Part shown: positions 34,400-43,643 of the stretch, piece by piece
Numbering within the stretch: position 1 is the first letter of the stretch
Layout: the number at the start of each line of letters is the position of its first letter
Assembly: GCA_963710755.1 (NCBI GenBank)
Contig: CAVQBK010000003.1
Location: 352,001 to 416,000, forward strand
DNA from: an uncultured bacterium
GTDB taxonomy: Bacteria > Oederibacteriota > JAAXVQ01 > JAUVAV01
Direction of reading: 5' to 3'
Length of the DNA: 64,000 bases
Program-made: the position numbers and the translations under genes
The notes under the pieces: generated by a model
Seen by the model: only the letters and a program-made list of their open reading frames with translations
Database searches by the model: none
What the model was told of the DNA's origin: nothing

Positions 34400-36061
34400 A
34401 TGGTCAACATCCGGCACGCCTTATTAATCATCATTACACCCTTCCTGTTCGTCACAGCTGCAGTGCAGCCTGTTGTGGCTTCCACGGCCAGCCGCATTGA
34501 TGAAGTAACGGTATATTCAGACCGGGCTCTGGTGGTGCGCAGAGCGCAGGTGACAGTTCGGCCCGGGGAACAAACGCTTGCTTTTAAGCATTTGACAGGC
34601 AGCATGGATCCCAACACGGTCCAGGTTAAAGGACAAGGCAGCGCGGCCATTAAAGGCGTGAAGGTGGAACAGGTGCATATGGATGAAGCCACGGACAGTG
34701 ATCTGAAAACCCTGCAGGACCAGTGGGATGAAATCAATGAAGCCATGGCCGACCTGAATGACAAAGTCAACAATGTCAAACACGAAAAAGACTTTGTGGA
34801 AGCCATTGCTAAGCGGCTGACTACGGCCACGGACAAAGCGGATCAAGCTTCCTTCGATCCTAAAAAATGGATTGCCATGGTTGGGTTTTATCGGGGCAAG
34901 TTGACCCATTTGGACAAGGAACTGCGTCAAGCCCAAGCCGCTTTAAAACCATTGCAGGTAAAAAAGCAGAAGCTGGAACAGGACATGAACATTGTCAGGG
35001 GCAGAATTCAATACACCAAATATAATGTTGCAGTTATTTTGACCGCTGCCCAGGAAGGTCAGGCCACGCTGGAAATAAGTTATGTGGTCATGGGACCCAA
35101 CTGGCAGCCTCAATATGACATTCGGGCTGATTCCAAACAAGCCACAGTTCAGGTCGCTTATCATGCTGCCATTCGGCAAAACACAGGGGAAGATTGGCGG
35201 CAAGCCAAAATCCTGCTTTCCACCGCGCAACCACAGGCTGGAGATACGCAGCCTAATCTCAACCCCTGGGTCATCAGTCCCTATGTTCCAGCACCCCGTG
35301 GGAGGCGGCAGGCCTTGAAAGCCCGGCCCAGATCCCGCGCGGCCTCTATACCATCTGTGGCAGCCGCTGAAGCATACCGCGAGGATGCTGCACCTGCACC
35401 CATGCCTGTCATGCAGGCGCAAGTGCAAGAAAGTGGCACGGCTATTAATTTTGATATCAAGGGTCGCTATTCCGTGCTGAGTGATAATCAGCCCCATCAA
35501 GTGACCATCATGATTCAGAATTTCCCCGCCAAATTTACCTATGCCGTGGTGCCCAAGTTGATTAAACACGCTTATTTGAAAGCGGAAATTACCAATGACA
35601 CGGCTTTTCCTTTGTTGGCGGGAGAGACCAATGTGTTTCTGGACAATAATTACGTGACCAGCGGCAGTCTGGAAACAGTAGCGCCTTCGGAAACGTTCCA
35701 AGCCTCTTTAGGCATTGATGAAGGCATCAAGGTGGAGTACAAGCTTGTCCACCGTCAACAGGAAACCCAGGGCATGTTTGGCGGCAGGACACTTGTCAAG
35801 TTTGAGTATCTCATCACCCTTACCAATCACAAGCGTCAGGAACACCGGCTGGTCATTCAGGACCAGCTGCCTCTGCCCAGCCACAATGATATTCAGGTGG
35901 AACTCATCAGTCCCGAACTACGTCAAAACAACGACCAGTTCGCCAAAAGCAGCCAGAATCTTCTGGAATGGCATCAAGCTCTCAAGGCAGGCCAAAAACT
36001 GGAAATTCCCCTCAAGTTCAACGTATCTTACCCCGAGCAAATGAAAATACAAGGGTTGTAA
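34400..36061 (+). CDS. DUF4140/DUF4139 (MuiA/TIGR02231-like) exported protein
   Basis: SRIDEVTVYSDRALV, coiled coil, WQPQYDIR, IRQNTGEDW..A.I.LSTAQP, LLAGETNVFLD, LGIDEGI, IQDQLPL. Confidence 0.88.
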   Translation: MVNIRHALLIIITPFLFVTAAVQPVVASTASRIDEVTVYSDRALVVRRAQVTVRPGEQTLAFKHLTGSMDPNTVQVKGQGSAAIKGVKVEQVHMDEATDSDLKTLQDQWDEINEAMADLNDKVNNVKHEKDFVEAIAKRLTTATDKADQASFDPKKWIAMVGFYRGKLTHLDKELRQAQAALKPLQVKKQKLEQDMNIVRGRIQYTKYNVAVILTAAQEGQATLEISYVVMGPNWQPQYDIRADSKQATVQVAYHAAIRQNTGEDWRQAKILLSTAQPQAGDTQPNLNPWVISPYVPAPRGRRQALKARPRSRAASIPSVAAAEAYREDAAPAPMPVMQAQVQESGTAINFDIKGRYSVLSDNQPHQVTIMIQNFPAKFTYAVVPKLIKHAYLKAEITNDTAFPLLAGETNVFLDNNYVTSGSLETVAPSETFQASLGIDEGIKVEYKLVHRQQETQGMFGGRTLVKFEYLITLTNHKRQEHRLVIQDQLPLPSHNDIQVELISPELRQNNDQFAKSSQNLLEWHQALKAGQKLEIPLKFNVSYPEQMKIQGL

Positions 36062-36073
36062 ACCAGGTCGGCA

Positions 36074-39000
36074 CTATTTAAGCACAGCTATTTTGAAAGG
36101 CCCAAGACGGCAGGATCGGCCGTCTTGGGTGTAGGACATAAGATAATAATACAGGCCCGGGGCCAGAGATGCGCATGACCACTCCAGCATTCCGGCAGCC
36201 GCATCGTCCTGTCGTAGGTAGGCCACTTTATCTCCGGTTAAATTGTAGACCACAATGGTCCAATCCTGAACATCGGTTTGTGGACAGACAAAGGTCACCC
36301 GGTCACGGCAGGGATTGGGATAAGCGGTGACATGGTCCAGCACGGCTGGTCTGGGTGTGCGCGTGGCCGAGGCGGTTGGTCCCGAGCCGGCTGGCAATTG
36401 GCCAGTAATGGCCGCAGAAGAATTGCTTTGGCCGCGGCTATTGGTGGCGGTCAGTTTATAGTAATAGGTAATAGGTACTTGAACAGTCGTGTCTTCAAAT
36501 TGCGGAAGCGTAAATTCATTGTAAATCACTTGTCCAACCTGATGTCCGGCATCGCAAACAAAATCCCGGATCAAGCCACGGTAAATCACATAGTGTTGCA
36601 CTTCTTCGTCCACAGCATTATGCGTCCAGTTCACAATCAATGAAGACGTCGACGCCGTCAAGGTCAGACCTTGCGGTGCAGATGGATAGGCCAGATTGGG
36701 AGTGGCTTGAACTTCATTGGAAGGGAGACTGCTGTTGCCTTGGCTGTCGTTTGCCACCAGATAATAATAATAGGCGATTCCATTGCTACAGGCTACATCC
36801 GTAAAGCTTTGGGTATTCTTGGCGACGGTGGTTAGTTTAACGGGTGTGGCACTATGGGGTACCAAGGCCCGAAAGATAACCACATTTTCCAAAGCATAAG
36901 TGCCGGCCGAAGGTGCATGCCAAGTCAGGACTACCTGTTCGTTGATCGCCGAGGCGGCTAAATCATTGACTGTGGAGGGCAAAGCCAAAGGCGTGACCGA
37001 GGCCTCGTTGGAATAAGGGCTTTCATTATTCAGGCTGTCAAGGGTGGTCAGCTTATAATAATAGACCATTCCATTAACCAGCGTGGAGTCAGTGTAGGAC
37101 AGCCCAGAAATGACATTGACATTGACAGGTGTGGGAGTCTGGCCATTTGGACTGAGACCACGATAGACCTGATAACCAGCTACGGGATTGCTGCCTGCCA
37201 GCGCTGGCTGCCAGTTTAGCTGCACAGCCTGATCATGGGCCTGGACCTGTACAGTCAAAGGGGCCGAAGGCAATACAAACCCAGCGGTTGGCATTACTTC
37301 CACTTCCGCCGTGGAACCGCAGGTATTACCCATACTGTCCAGAGCGATTACCCGATAAAAATAAGAAGTGTTGTTGGTTAAGCCTGAAAGGTCAGTATAA
37401 GAAGTTGTGGTCAACGGCAAGGCATTGGCCACCAACGTGTTGCTGTCATGGCTTACAGTACTTCGCAGTACATTGTACCCGGTGATGGGATAGCCCGCAC
37501 TTGCAGCTGTCCAGGCCAGGGATGCTTGCTGATCGCCGGCCACGGCCAGCAAATTTCCAGGCGACCGATAGACCGAGAAGGGCGCCAAGGTGAGGACGCT
37601 GGTCTTACCCACTTGATCTTGGGCTTGTACAGTGATTTGATAAAACCCCGCTTGCATGGCCGTCAGCTGCTCGCTCATATACCCCGAGCCAGCGGGATAC
37701 ACGCCGGTGCCCATCCAAAATACCATGGGTGAGAGCGCCTGGCCGGAAGGATCCATAACCGTCATGGTACATGTCATCATGCCTGCTTGTGTGGCATCGT
37801 CGGCTACATCCATATAAATGGTGAAAAAATCATTTTGACCAACGGTTTTGGCTTCATATTCACGATAGGTGGAAGAGGTGAGAAAGCCGGACGTAATCCA
37901 TCCGCCCTGAATCACAGGAGGGGTGCTGTCGGCCATGACTTCAAAAGCTGTGTCCGGAAAAGTGGTGACCAATTGGGAGGAAGCAGTATTACCGGACGGA
38001 TCGGTGACCAGCACATGGACCTGATACCGACCTGCCTGGCTGGTGTTGGAGAAGGGATAGTTCAAGGCACCCTGGGATGCGACTATCTGAGTAACAATAG
38101 TGGCATCGGGCTGGGTGATATCCAATTGAATGGTCAGGTCGCCGTTACTATTGTCCTGGGCCTGAATCTGCAGCCAAACGGTTTCCATGGGTGCAACCAG
38201 GCTTTTGTCCGCGGTAGCGCTTAAAATAACCGGCGCCTGGGTATCGGCATTGACGGTAACGGTCAAGGTCTGGCTATCGGTCTGTTTATTACCGGAGATG
38301 TCCTGCGCCTGGACACGTACCTGGTAATCGCCAGTCAACCCCGTAGCCGCATAAATCCCAGTGAATGATGATGATCCGGCAATGCGGGTCAAAGGACATT
38401 GATCCACACTGGCATCAGGCCCGGTAATTTGCGCCCATACGTGGCTGCTGACCTCGTCATTATCGGTGACCACGGCCGTGATGGAAATGTTTTGGTAAGC
38501 CGCGGCTGTACTCGGCCCGACGAAGCGGTCATTAATAATGGGCGGAGTCTGGTCATTGTCCAGACGCAAATCCCATTCGGCCGTGGGATCGCCAAGAAAC
38601 GTGAATTCCGAGGTGCCCACATAAAAATAATAGAGGGCGCTGAAATTGATGCGGCCATTATCGAAATATTGGGTTTGCATCCCCTGGGTCAAGGCATTAA
38701 TCATCCCGCCGGCGGAGCCGAACGTAATTTCTTTATAAGCTCCTATATAGCCAATGGCACCGCCGTGCGGCGTTTTAAAAAAACTTTCTGCTATTGAATA
38801 GGGGGCATCCAATTTGCCGGTCAGACAAGCCGCGGCATACACAAAGGGGCATTGGCTGCCATTAGTTAGATATTGGTTGTGGCTGAAAAGGTAATTGACT
38901 TGGCCCCAGGTGGTGTCCGAGCCATGGCCATAATAGCCCAGCACGCCAATGCCGCCGTTAATTTGACTGACAATGGTAAAGGGAATCACACCTTCGCCCA

Positions 39001-39559
39001 ATTCAACGGGTTGCAGCTTGGAGAAACTATTTAAATGATTGGTCAGCCAACCGCAGAAGACGGCAGTTCTGGTCCAGGCAGCGCTGCCGTCATAAGCTGC
39101 CCAATAATTGGCCATGGTCTGAACTTGCGCTAAGGTCGTGCCGGGCAGGCGGCCGCCCAGCACGGCGACACTGCCACTGTAGGGATCACTGTCCAAATCA
39201 AAATAAAATTTATCACTCAGATTGACGGCATTGTAAAAAGGAATCACGCTCTCATCACCGCCAAAAAGCACATAAGAAATGGACCAGGTGGCGTAGGCAT
39301 CGGTTATGAAGGCGCGTACTTTGTCCTGCAAAGTGGCGCCCGCGTAGGCAGTGGCGATGGCTTCGGTGGTAAACACACGAGTAGTTAAACCGTTATTATT
39401 CTTAGAGATCACATAACCATCAAAAGCACTGACCCAGTCCGCCTTGGTGATGATCACATACTGGGCCGCCGTACCGGTGCACAGCCCGGCCCGACCATTA
39501 GCCGGTATGGCCAGGGTTAACATACAGAGGAACAAAAAGGACGCTCTAAGCCTGCTCAT
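36074..39559 (-). CDS. C25 (gingipain-family) cysteine peptidase with Ig-like and FN3 repeats and a T9SS-like C-terminal domain
   Basis: Own signal peptide. YVLFGGD, SDKFY, GRLP, catalytic YYGHG and AAC(LTG), LGDP. Repeated D.TPP.I Ig modules, four FN3 (W...GY.V.R...YYY.V.A), tail AYPNP...VYNLTG...LAPGLYYY. Confidence 0.85.
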   Translation of the reverse strand: MSRLRASFLFLCMLTLAIPANGRAGLCTGTAAQYVIITKADWVSAFDGYVISKNNNGLTTRVFTTEAIATAYAGATLQDKVRAFITDAYATWSISYVLFGGDESVIPFYNAVNLSDKFYFDLDSDPYSGSVAVLGGRLPGTTLAQVQTMANYWAAYDGSAAWTRTAVFCGWLTNHLNSFSKLQPVELGEGVIPFTIVSQINGGIGVLGYYGHGSDTTWGQVNYLFSHNQYLTNGSQCPFVYAAACLTGKLDAPYSIAESFFKTPHGGAIGYIGAYKEITFGSAGGMINALTQGMQTQYFDNGRINFSALYYFYVGTSEFTFLGDPTAEWDLRLDNDQTPPIINDRFVGPSTAAAYQNISITAVVTDNDEVSSHVWAQITGPDASVDQCPLTRIAGSSSFTGIYAATGLTGDYQVRVQAQDISGNKQTDSQTLTVTVNADTQAPVILSATADKSLVAPMETVWLQIQAQDNSNGDLTIQLDITQPDATIVTQIVASQGALNYPFSNTSQAGRYQVHVLVTDPSGNTASSQLVTTFPDTAFEVMADSTPPVIQGGWITSGFLTSSTYREYEAKTVGQNDFFTIYMDVADDATQAGMMTCTMTVMDPSGQALSPMVFWMGTGVYPAGSGYMSEQLTAMQAGFYQITVQAQDQVGKTSVLTLAPFSVYRSPGNLLAVAGDQQASLAWTAASAGYPITGYNVLRSTVSHDSNTLVANALPLTTTSYTDLSGLTNNTSYFYRVIALDSMGNTCGSTAEVEVMPTAGFVLPSAPLTVQVQAHDQAVQLNWQPALAGSNPVAGYQVYRGLSPNGQTPTPVNVNVISGLSYTDSTLVNGMVYYYKLTTLDSLNNESPYSNEASVTPLALPSTVNDLAASAINEQVVLTWHAPSAGTYALENVVIFRALVPHSATPVKLTTVAKNTQSFTDVACSNGIAYYYYLVANDSQGNSSLPSNEVQATPNLAYPSAPQGLTLTASTSSLIVNWTHNAVDEEVQHYVIYRGLIRDFVCDAGHQVGQVIYNEFTLPQFEDTTVQVPITYYYKLTATNSRGQSNSSAAITGQLPAGSGPTASATRTPRPAVLDHVTAYPNPCRDRVTFVCPQTDVQDWTIVVYNLTGDKVAYLRQDDAAAGMLEWSCASLAPGLYYYLMSYTQDGRSCRLGPFKIAVLK

Positions 39560-40219
39560 TCAATGCACGCCCTGACCAAAAAAGGCTTGTTCCGGATTGA
39601 CCAGCTTTTGACGGATAACGCGGTCCACCTGATTGATCGGTGTGGGAGAGGGTGACCAGCCGGAAGACTGCAAAGTAATGGTCAGCTTGAGCTGGTCGTA
39701 ACGGATTAACTGTAGCGTTGTTCCTTGGTATTTGTAGGGATAGACCAAAAGTCTTAAGACGGTGGTGCTCCCCATGCGGGTTGTTTCCTGATCCACCCAG
39801 TGGGAGGGATAAAGCTGGGTTTGATGATACAGGCCGGGAGCAGCGACCAAGGCCGGCGGACTCACGCCAGGCCTGGGAATATAGTCACGCCGGACCGGCT
39901 TGAGCGGCGCGCTCAGGTTGCGGGATATGGGCGTGCCTTCCACCTGGATGTCTTTAACCACCGCCCCAGCAGGAATGGAGATGAGGTATTCCAGCACCGG
40001 CAGTTCGGGAGCCTCGGCCTGCTTGGTAAGCTGTCCTGACCAGGAACCCGGAGTTATCGTCAGCCAGGGCGGTTGGGCACTCAAAGACAAAGGCGTTACA
40101 TGATCACTGAGCATAATAGTGACGGTTTGGTGGTCACGTTCCACATGGTAGGCGGGCCGGGCCCACAAAGGGGTAACCCCCAGCAGCAGCAAGCCTATAA
40201 GCAAAGGGGATTTGAGCAT
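39560..40219 (-). CDS. Stand-alone C25 propeptide-domain protein (exported)
   Basis: Signal peptide ending PLWA. APELPV...ISIPAGA, LYP, LRLLVYPYKY...L..Y..L.LTI, IRQKLVNP resemble a gingipain prodomain. Stop abuts the protease ATG. Confidence 0.72.
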   Translation of the reverse strand: MLKSPLLIGLLLLGVTPLWARPAYHVERDHQTVTIMLSDHVTPLSLSAQPPWLTITPGSWSGQLTKQAEAPELPVLEYLISIPAGAVVKDIQVEGTPISRNLSAPLKPVRRDYIPRPGVSPPALVAAPGLYHQTQLYPSHWVDQETTRMGSTTVLRLLVYPYKYQGTTLQLIRYDQLKLTITLQSSGWSPSPTPINQVDRVIRQKLVNPEQAFFGQGVH

Positions 40220-40493
40220 CCATCCTCCTGGCTGGATCTGACTTCACCATAACAAAAGAGCAACCCCTGGATAAATTGGTGAAATCTGAAAAGGTAATTA
40301 CTAATGCCCGGGCGAAGGCTGTATAAAGCAGAGATAATTAACTATATCATGTGATGTATTGAGGTAATAGCAATGAAATTAAATCTCTATCAGGAGAAAG
40401 ACACTTATGGCTACTCCAAACGGCCCATGATCAAGTGCGCCATATCCTGGAACTAGTTCCGGATAGGAGCAAGTCCCGGCGCGTATAAAAAAA

Positions 40494-40790
40494 TTGATCA
40501 GGCACATCAATGTTTTTGAGATGGATATTATCGGGCCTGTGGCACTGACCCATCACGCTTTTGAAATTGTTCATCCCTTTTTTGATAGAAACGGCAGGGT
40601 GGGCAGGTTGCTCATGATCGCCCAGTTACTGTTCCAAGGGTTGCCCTCAGCCATTGTTAAATATGAAAACCGTTAGGCTTATTATTGGGCCTTGGATCAG
40701 GCTAATGAGCAGGAAACCGGACAACTCATTCAATTTGTGGACGAGTCCATTTTAGCCGGGTATGAGTGGTTAAAAAAACCACCGGTCCAA
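40494..40790 (+). pseudogene. Fic-domain gene remnant
   Basis: HHAFEIVHPFFDRNGRVGRLLM (Fic HPFxDGNGRxxR with G>R). In-frame TAG at 40674 then AYYWALDQAN...FVDESIL. N-terminus missing. Confidence 0.75.
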
Positions 40791-40806
40791 GTTTCCCGGT
40801 GGGAGT

Positions 40807-41643
40807 TTAATTTACCTCAAAAGTCTTGCTCGCATAGGGCACATGCAGATCTCCAAAGGGCGTGGAAAAGATAATATCCCCATCCACTGCAATTTCCGCT
40901 TTACGGTTAATCAGGGCGTTGGCCAACATGCTGATGCCCTTGCCCAAGGTGTTGGTCATCAACAAAGATATAACCTGGCTCTCGCCGGCACCACAGACCA
41001 TCTCGCTCTGACCTTGCACTAAGGTGTAGACCTGGTTATTCATGTGCATGCGTGTGTCCGCCTGGGCCAGAGTGATGGGAAAGGTATTGCCGTTTTTAAG
41101 TTTCAGCAGAATGGTAAAGTGATCTCCGAAGGGCGAACCTTCGGTACGGTAAAAGCTAAGCAGAGGCAGTTGCGGTACCGGCCGGGCTTTTTCAATCCTA
41201 AAGGGAATTTCACGAAAGGGCAGGTCCGTGTTGATGAACAGGGTACCGCTAAAGGCAGCCTGGTAACTGGCGTTTTTCGACTTGGAAACCACTTGCGCTA
41301 CCAGATTTTCCCAGGTCAGTATGAAGGGAAAAGAGACTACTTGGCGGTGCCGACCGGAGAACACATCAAAACGGTCATAGCTGCCGGTAACCAAAGGTTT
41401 ATGATTGATTTCAAAAGTATAGTCCATGCGGCTAACAGGCAAGGTGATGGGCATGTTGTTTTTAATTTCCATGTCCACCTCGAACTTGACGCCCTGAGGT
41501 GTGATGGCTACGGAATTAAATTTTTTAAAGGTAAGGGTAGGGGACATGGGTTCAAGCACTTTAGGCATACTGGCGCATCCGGTTAGAATGGCCAGGGCTA
41601 AGGCCGCGCTAAGGACAAATGTAGGCGATTTGAGTTTCATCAT
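40807..41643 (-). CDS. LEA_2/WHy tandem-domain lipoprotein
   Basis: Lipobox LTGC. Two repeats (IKNNMPITLPV..MDY; LKNGNTFPITL) ending TPFGDLHVPY. Confidence 0.78.
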   Translation of the reverse strand: MMKLKSPTFVLSAALALAILTGCASMPKVLEPMSPTLTFKKFNSVAITPQGVKFEVDMEIKNNMPITLPVSRMDYTFEINHKPLVTGSYDRFDVFSGRHRQVVSFPFILTWENLVAQVVSKSKNASYQAAFSGTLFINTDLPFREIPFRIEKARPVPQLPLLSFYRTEGSPFGDHFTILLKLKNGNTFPITLAQADTRMHMNNQVYTLVQGQSEMVCGAGESQVISLLMTNTLGKGISMLANALINRKAEIAVDGDIIFSTPFGDLHVPYASKTFEVN

Positions 41644-41720
41644 GCCTCCTTGGAGTTCCCGGCCCTTTGCCGGGACTAATAGCAGGGTTAAAACAGCGGC
41701 TGCTTAGCCGGGATGCGTTA

Positions 41721-41747
41721 CTATCGGCAAGCGCGCTAAAGCATTAA
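41721..41747 (-). promoter_or_regulatory. Sigma28-like promoter upstream of the LEA lipoprotein
   Basis: Minus strand TTAA-N15-GCCGATAG. Confidence 0.5.
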
Positions 41748-41788
41748 AGAAATATGGTAAAGGATAAAAAATGAGGAATAGTGGGAGT

Positions 41789-42214
41789 TCAAACCTGGCC
41801 TGGCCGGCGTTCCCACTTGATCCAGGTGATGATGGTACCCTGGCCGGCCCCGGTTTTAATATCAAATTCATCGGCTAACTTTTTGCTGCCACTGAGGCCG
41901 ATGCCCATACCCTTGGTGTATTCTGAAACAGATTTTGGGCGCATAGCTGCCTCCAGATCGGGAATGCCCGGCCCGGTATCTTGAAAAATGATTTTAATGC
42001 CTCTTTTGCCGTCTCTTATGATTACCATCATATCCACTTCACCTTGGCCGGCATAATCACAGATATTGCGGCTAAGTTCGGAGACCGCGGTAATTACCTG
42101 CATGCGCTCCAGGTTGCTAAACCCAAGATGGGTGTCCATCAGCTGGCGAACAGCCACACGTACGGAAACGACCCGGTTGGCGTCGGTGATAGCGATGGTT
42201 TCTCTGTCAGTCAT
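41789..42214 (-). CDS. rsbT: Stressosome kinase RsbT
   Basis: TAVSELSRNI..YAG.G, D.GPGIPD, GMGIGLSGSKKLADEFDI..G.GT...KW. Confidence 0.9.
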   Translation of the reverse strand: MTDRETIAITDANRVVSVRVAVRQLMDTHLGFSNLERMQVITAVSELSRNICDYAGQGEVDMMVIIRDGKRGIKIIFQDTGPGIPDLEAAMRPKSVSEYTKGMGIGLSGSKKLADEFDIKTGAGQGTIITWIKWERRPGQV

Positions 42215-42563
42215 GGTTGGCGATGATCGTCATGGCTTCCTCCACGTTTAAAGCCGTCTTGACGCCCCTCCAGGTAAGCCCCATCTGGGTCAGGGTAATG
42301 GCCACATCGGGGGTAATGCCCACCACTACCGTATCGCAATCCAGGCAGCGGGCCGCGCGGCCCACATTGATCAGGATACGGGCCAAATAGGAATCAATAA
42401 ATTCCACCGTAGAGACATCCAGAATAAGCCCTCTCAGGTTATGGTCCTCAATTTTTTTCAGGATATTGATTTGGAGCTCTTCGGCCATCTCATCGAGCAA
42501 TTCCACCTCAATGGGAACCAATAACACCGACCCTATTTTCAGCAAGGGTACAGGAAGTTTCAT
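42207..42563 (-). CDS. rsbS: Stressosome STAS protein RsbS
   Basis: VPLLKIG..LLVPI, LILDVSTVEFIDSY (conserved phospho-Ser), GITPDVAITLTQMG, TALNVE. Confidence 0.9.
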   Translation of the reverse strand: MKLPVPLLKIGSVLLVPIEVELLDEMAEELQINILKKIEDHNLRGLILDVSTVEFIDSYLARILINVGRAARCLDCDTVVVGITPDVAITLTQMGLTWRGVKTALNVEEAMTIIANHD

Positions 42564-43300
42564 TTTTTAGCCTCGATCAAGCGGATGGCGTGTTGCAAGC
42601 CTTCGCGCAGGCTGTGGCGGGTGATGAACTGTTCGATCTCAATGCCGATTTTAACCAGGATGGACGCCACTTCGGCTGAGATGCCGGTGATGATGGCGTC
42701 GCTGCCTAAAATTTTGACAGCCTTGACGGTTTTAATGAGATGCTGGGCTACCATGGAATCGATGACGGGCACGCCGGTAATGTCAACAATGGCGATCTTG
42801 GCGCCATAATTGGTGATGGCATTCAAGATCTTTTCCATTGCTTCCTGGGCCCGGTTGCTGGTCAAGGTGCCGATGAGGGGCATGACCACCACGCCCTCCC
42901 AGGCATAGAGCACGGGTGTGGAAAGTTCTTTCATCAATTCTTCCAGTTTACTGCGCTCCTCCATTTTTTCCACGGCCATGTTGATGCCCTGGCCCAGCGC
43001 ATTGAGAGCTTCGCTGGAATAATCGGTGGAAGCCTGGATGTGAAAATTACCCACGGCCACTTGGTTAAGCACGTTTAGAAATTGGGCAATGGCCAGAGAA
43101 AGGTCCATGGATTGATTGATGGATTCCTGGTTAATGAGCGCGATCTGATTAATGAGTTTACCCAGTTGCGCCATGATCGCGATGGAAGAATCCTCCTGGG
43201 TGCGCGCCTCCGGGTCGCCGCTTTCGATTTTTTTCATGACCTCCACATGGGCTTGCAGTTCTGTGAGCACACGGGGATCAATGGGATTGTCCTTGGCCAT
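42560..43300 (-). CDS. rsbR: Stressosome sensor RsbR with HAMP-like N-terminus
   Basis: ELSTPVL..WEGV..MPLIGTL.S.RA, DITGVPVIDSMVAQHL..T..A...LG...I.TGI. Confidence 0.9.
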   Translation of the reverse strand: MAKDNPIDPRVLTELQAHVEVMKKIESGDPEARTQEDSSIAIMAQLGKLINQIALINQESINQSMDLSLAIAQFLNVLNQVAVGNFHIQASTDYSSEALNALGQGINMAVEKMEERSKLEELMKELSTPVLYAWEGVVVMPLIGTLTSNRAQEAMEKILNAITNYGAKIAIVDITGVPVIDSMVAQHLIKTVKAVKILGSDAIITGISAEVASILVKIGIEIEQFITRHSLREGLQHAIRLIEAKK

Positions 43301-43366
43301 AAGATTATCACCTTTCTAAAGTTAATGGCTGTTGCCGGTCTTTATTACTTCACGTCTTTCTTCCTG

Positions 43367-43591
43367 CTAGACCCGAATCTGGCAGTGGTAGACACCCTGT
43401 TCATCCTGCTGCAAGAGTACCAGGGTCTTGCCAACCTTGTCGCACCAGTTGCGGATGTCATTTTCAAAGGTGGGGCAAGTGGCTTCCACCTCGATGATGT
43501 CACCGCTGCTCAGGGATACCGACTTGGCTGTGATTTTGAGAATGGGTTGGGGACAGCGCAGATTTTTAAGATCCATTTTAATGGTAGCCAT
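43367..43591 (-). CDS. TusA/SirA-family sulfur-carrier protein
   Basis: 74 aa, MDLKNLRCPQPILK (CPxP), GDIIEVEATCPTFENDIRNWC. RBS GGAGG. Confidence 0.88.
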   Translation of the reverse strand: MATIKMDLKNLRCPQPILKITAKSVSLSSGDIIEVEATCPTFENDIRNWCDKVGKTLVLLQQDEQGVYHCQIRV

Positions 43592-43643
43592 AATTGCCTC
43601 CTGGGCATGTTAATAAGGCGCCTTCGGGGTGCCCAAACTTAAG

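Noticed and set aside
39557-39562. Selenocysteine or genetic-code reassignment of TGA at the propeptide/protease junction
   Set aside because: TGA is a normal stop in many genes here, the downstream ORF has its own signal peptide, and I see no convincing SECIS-like hairpin.
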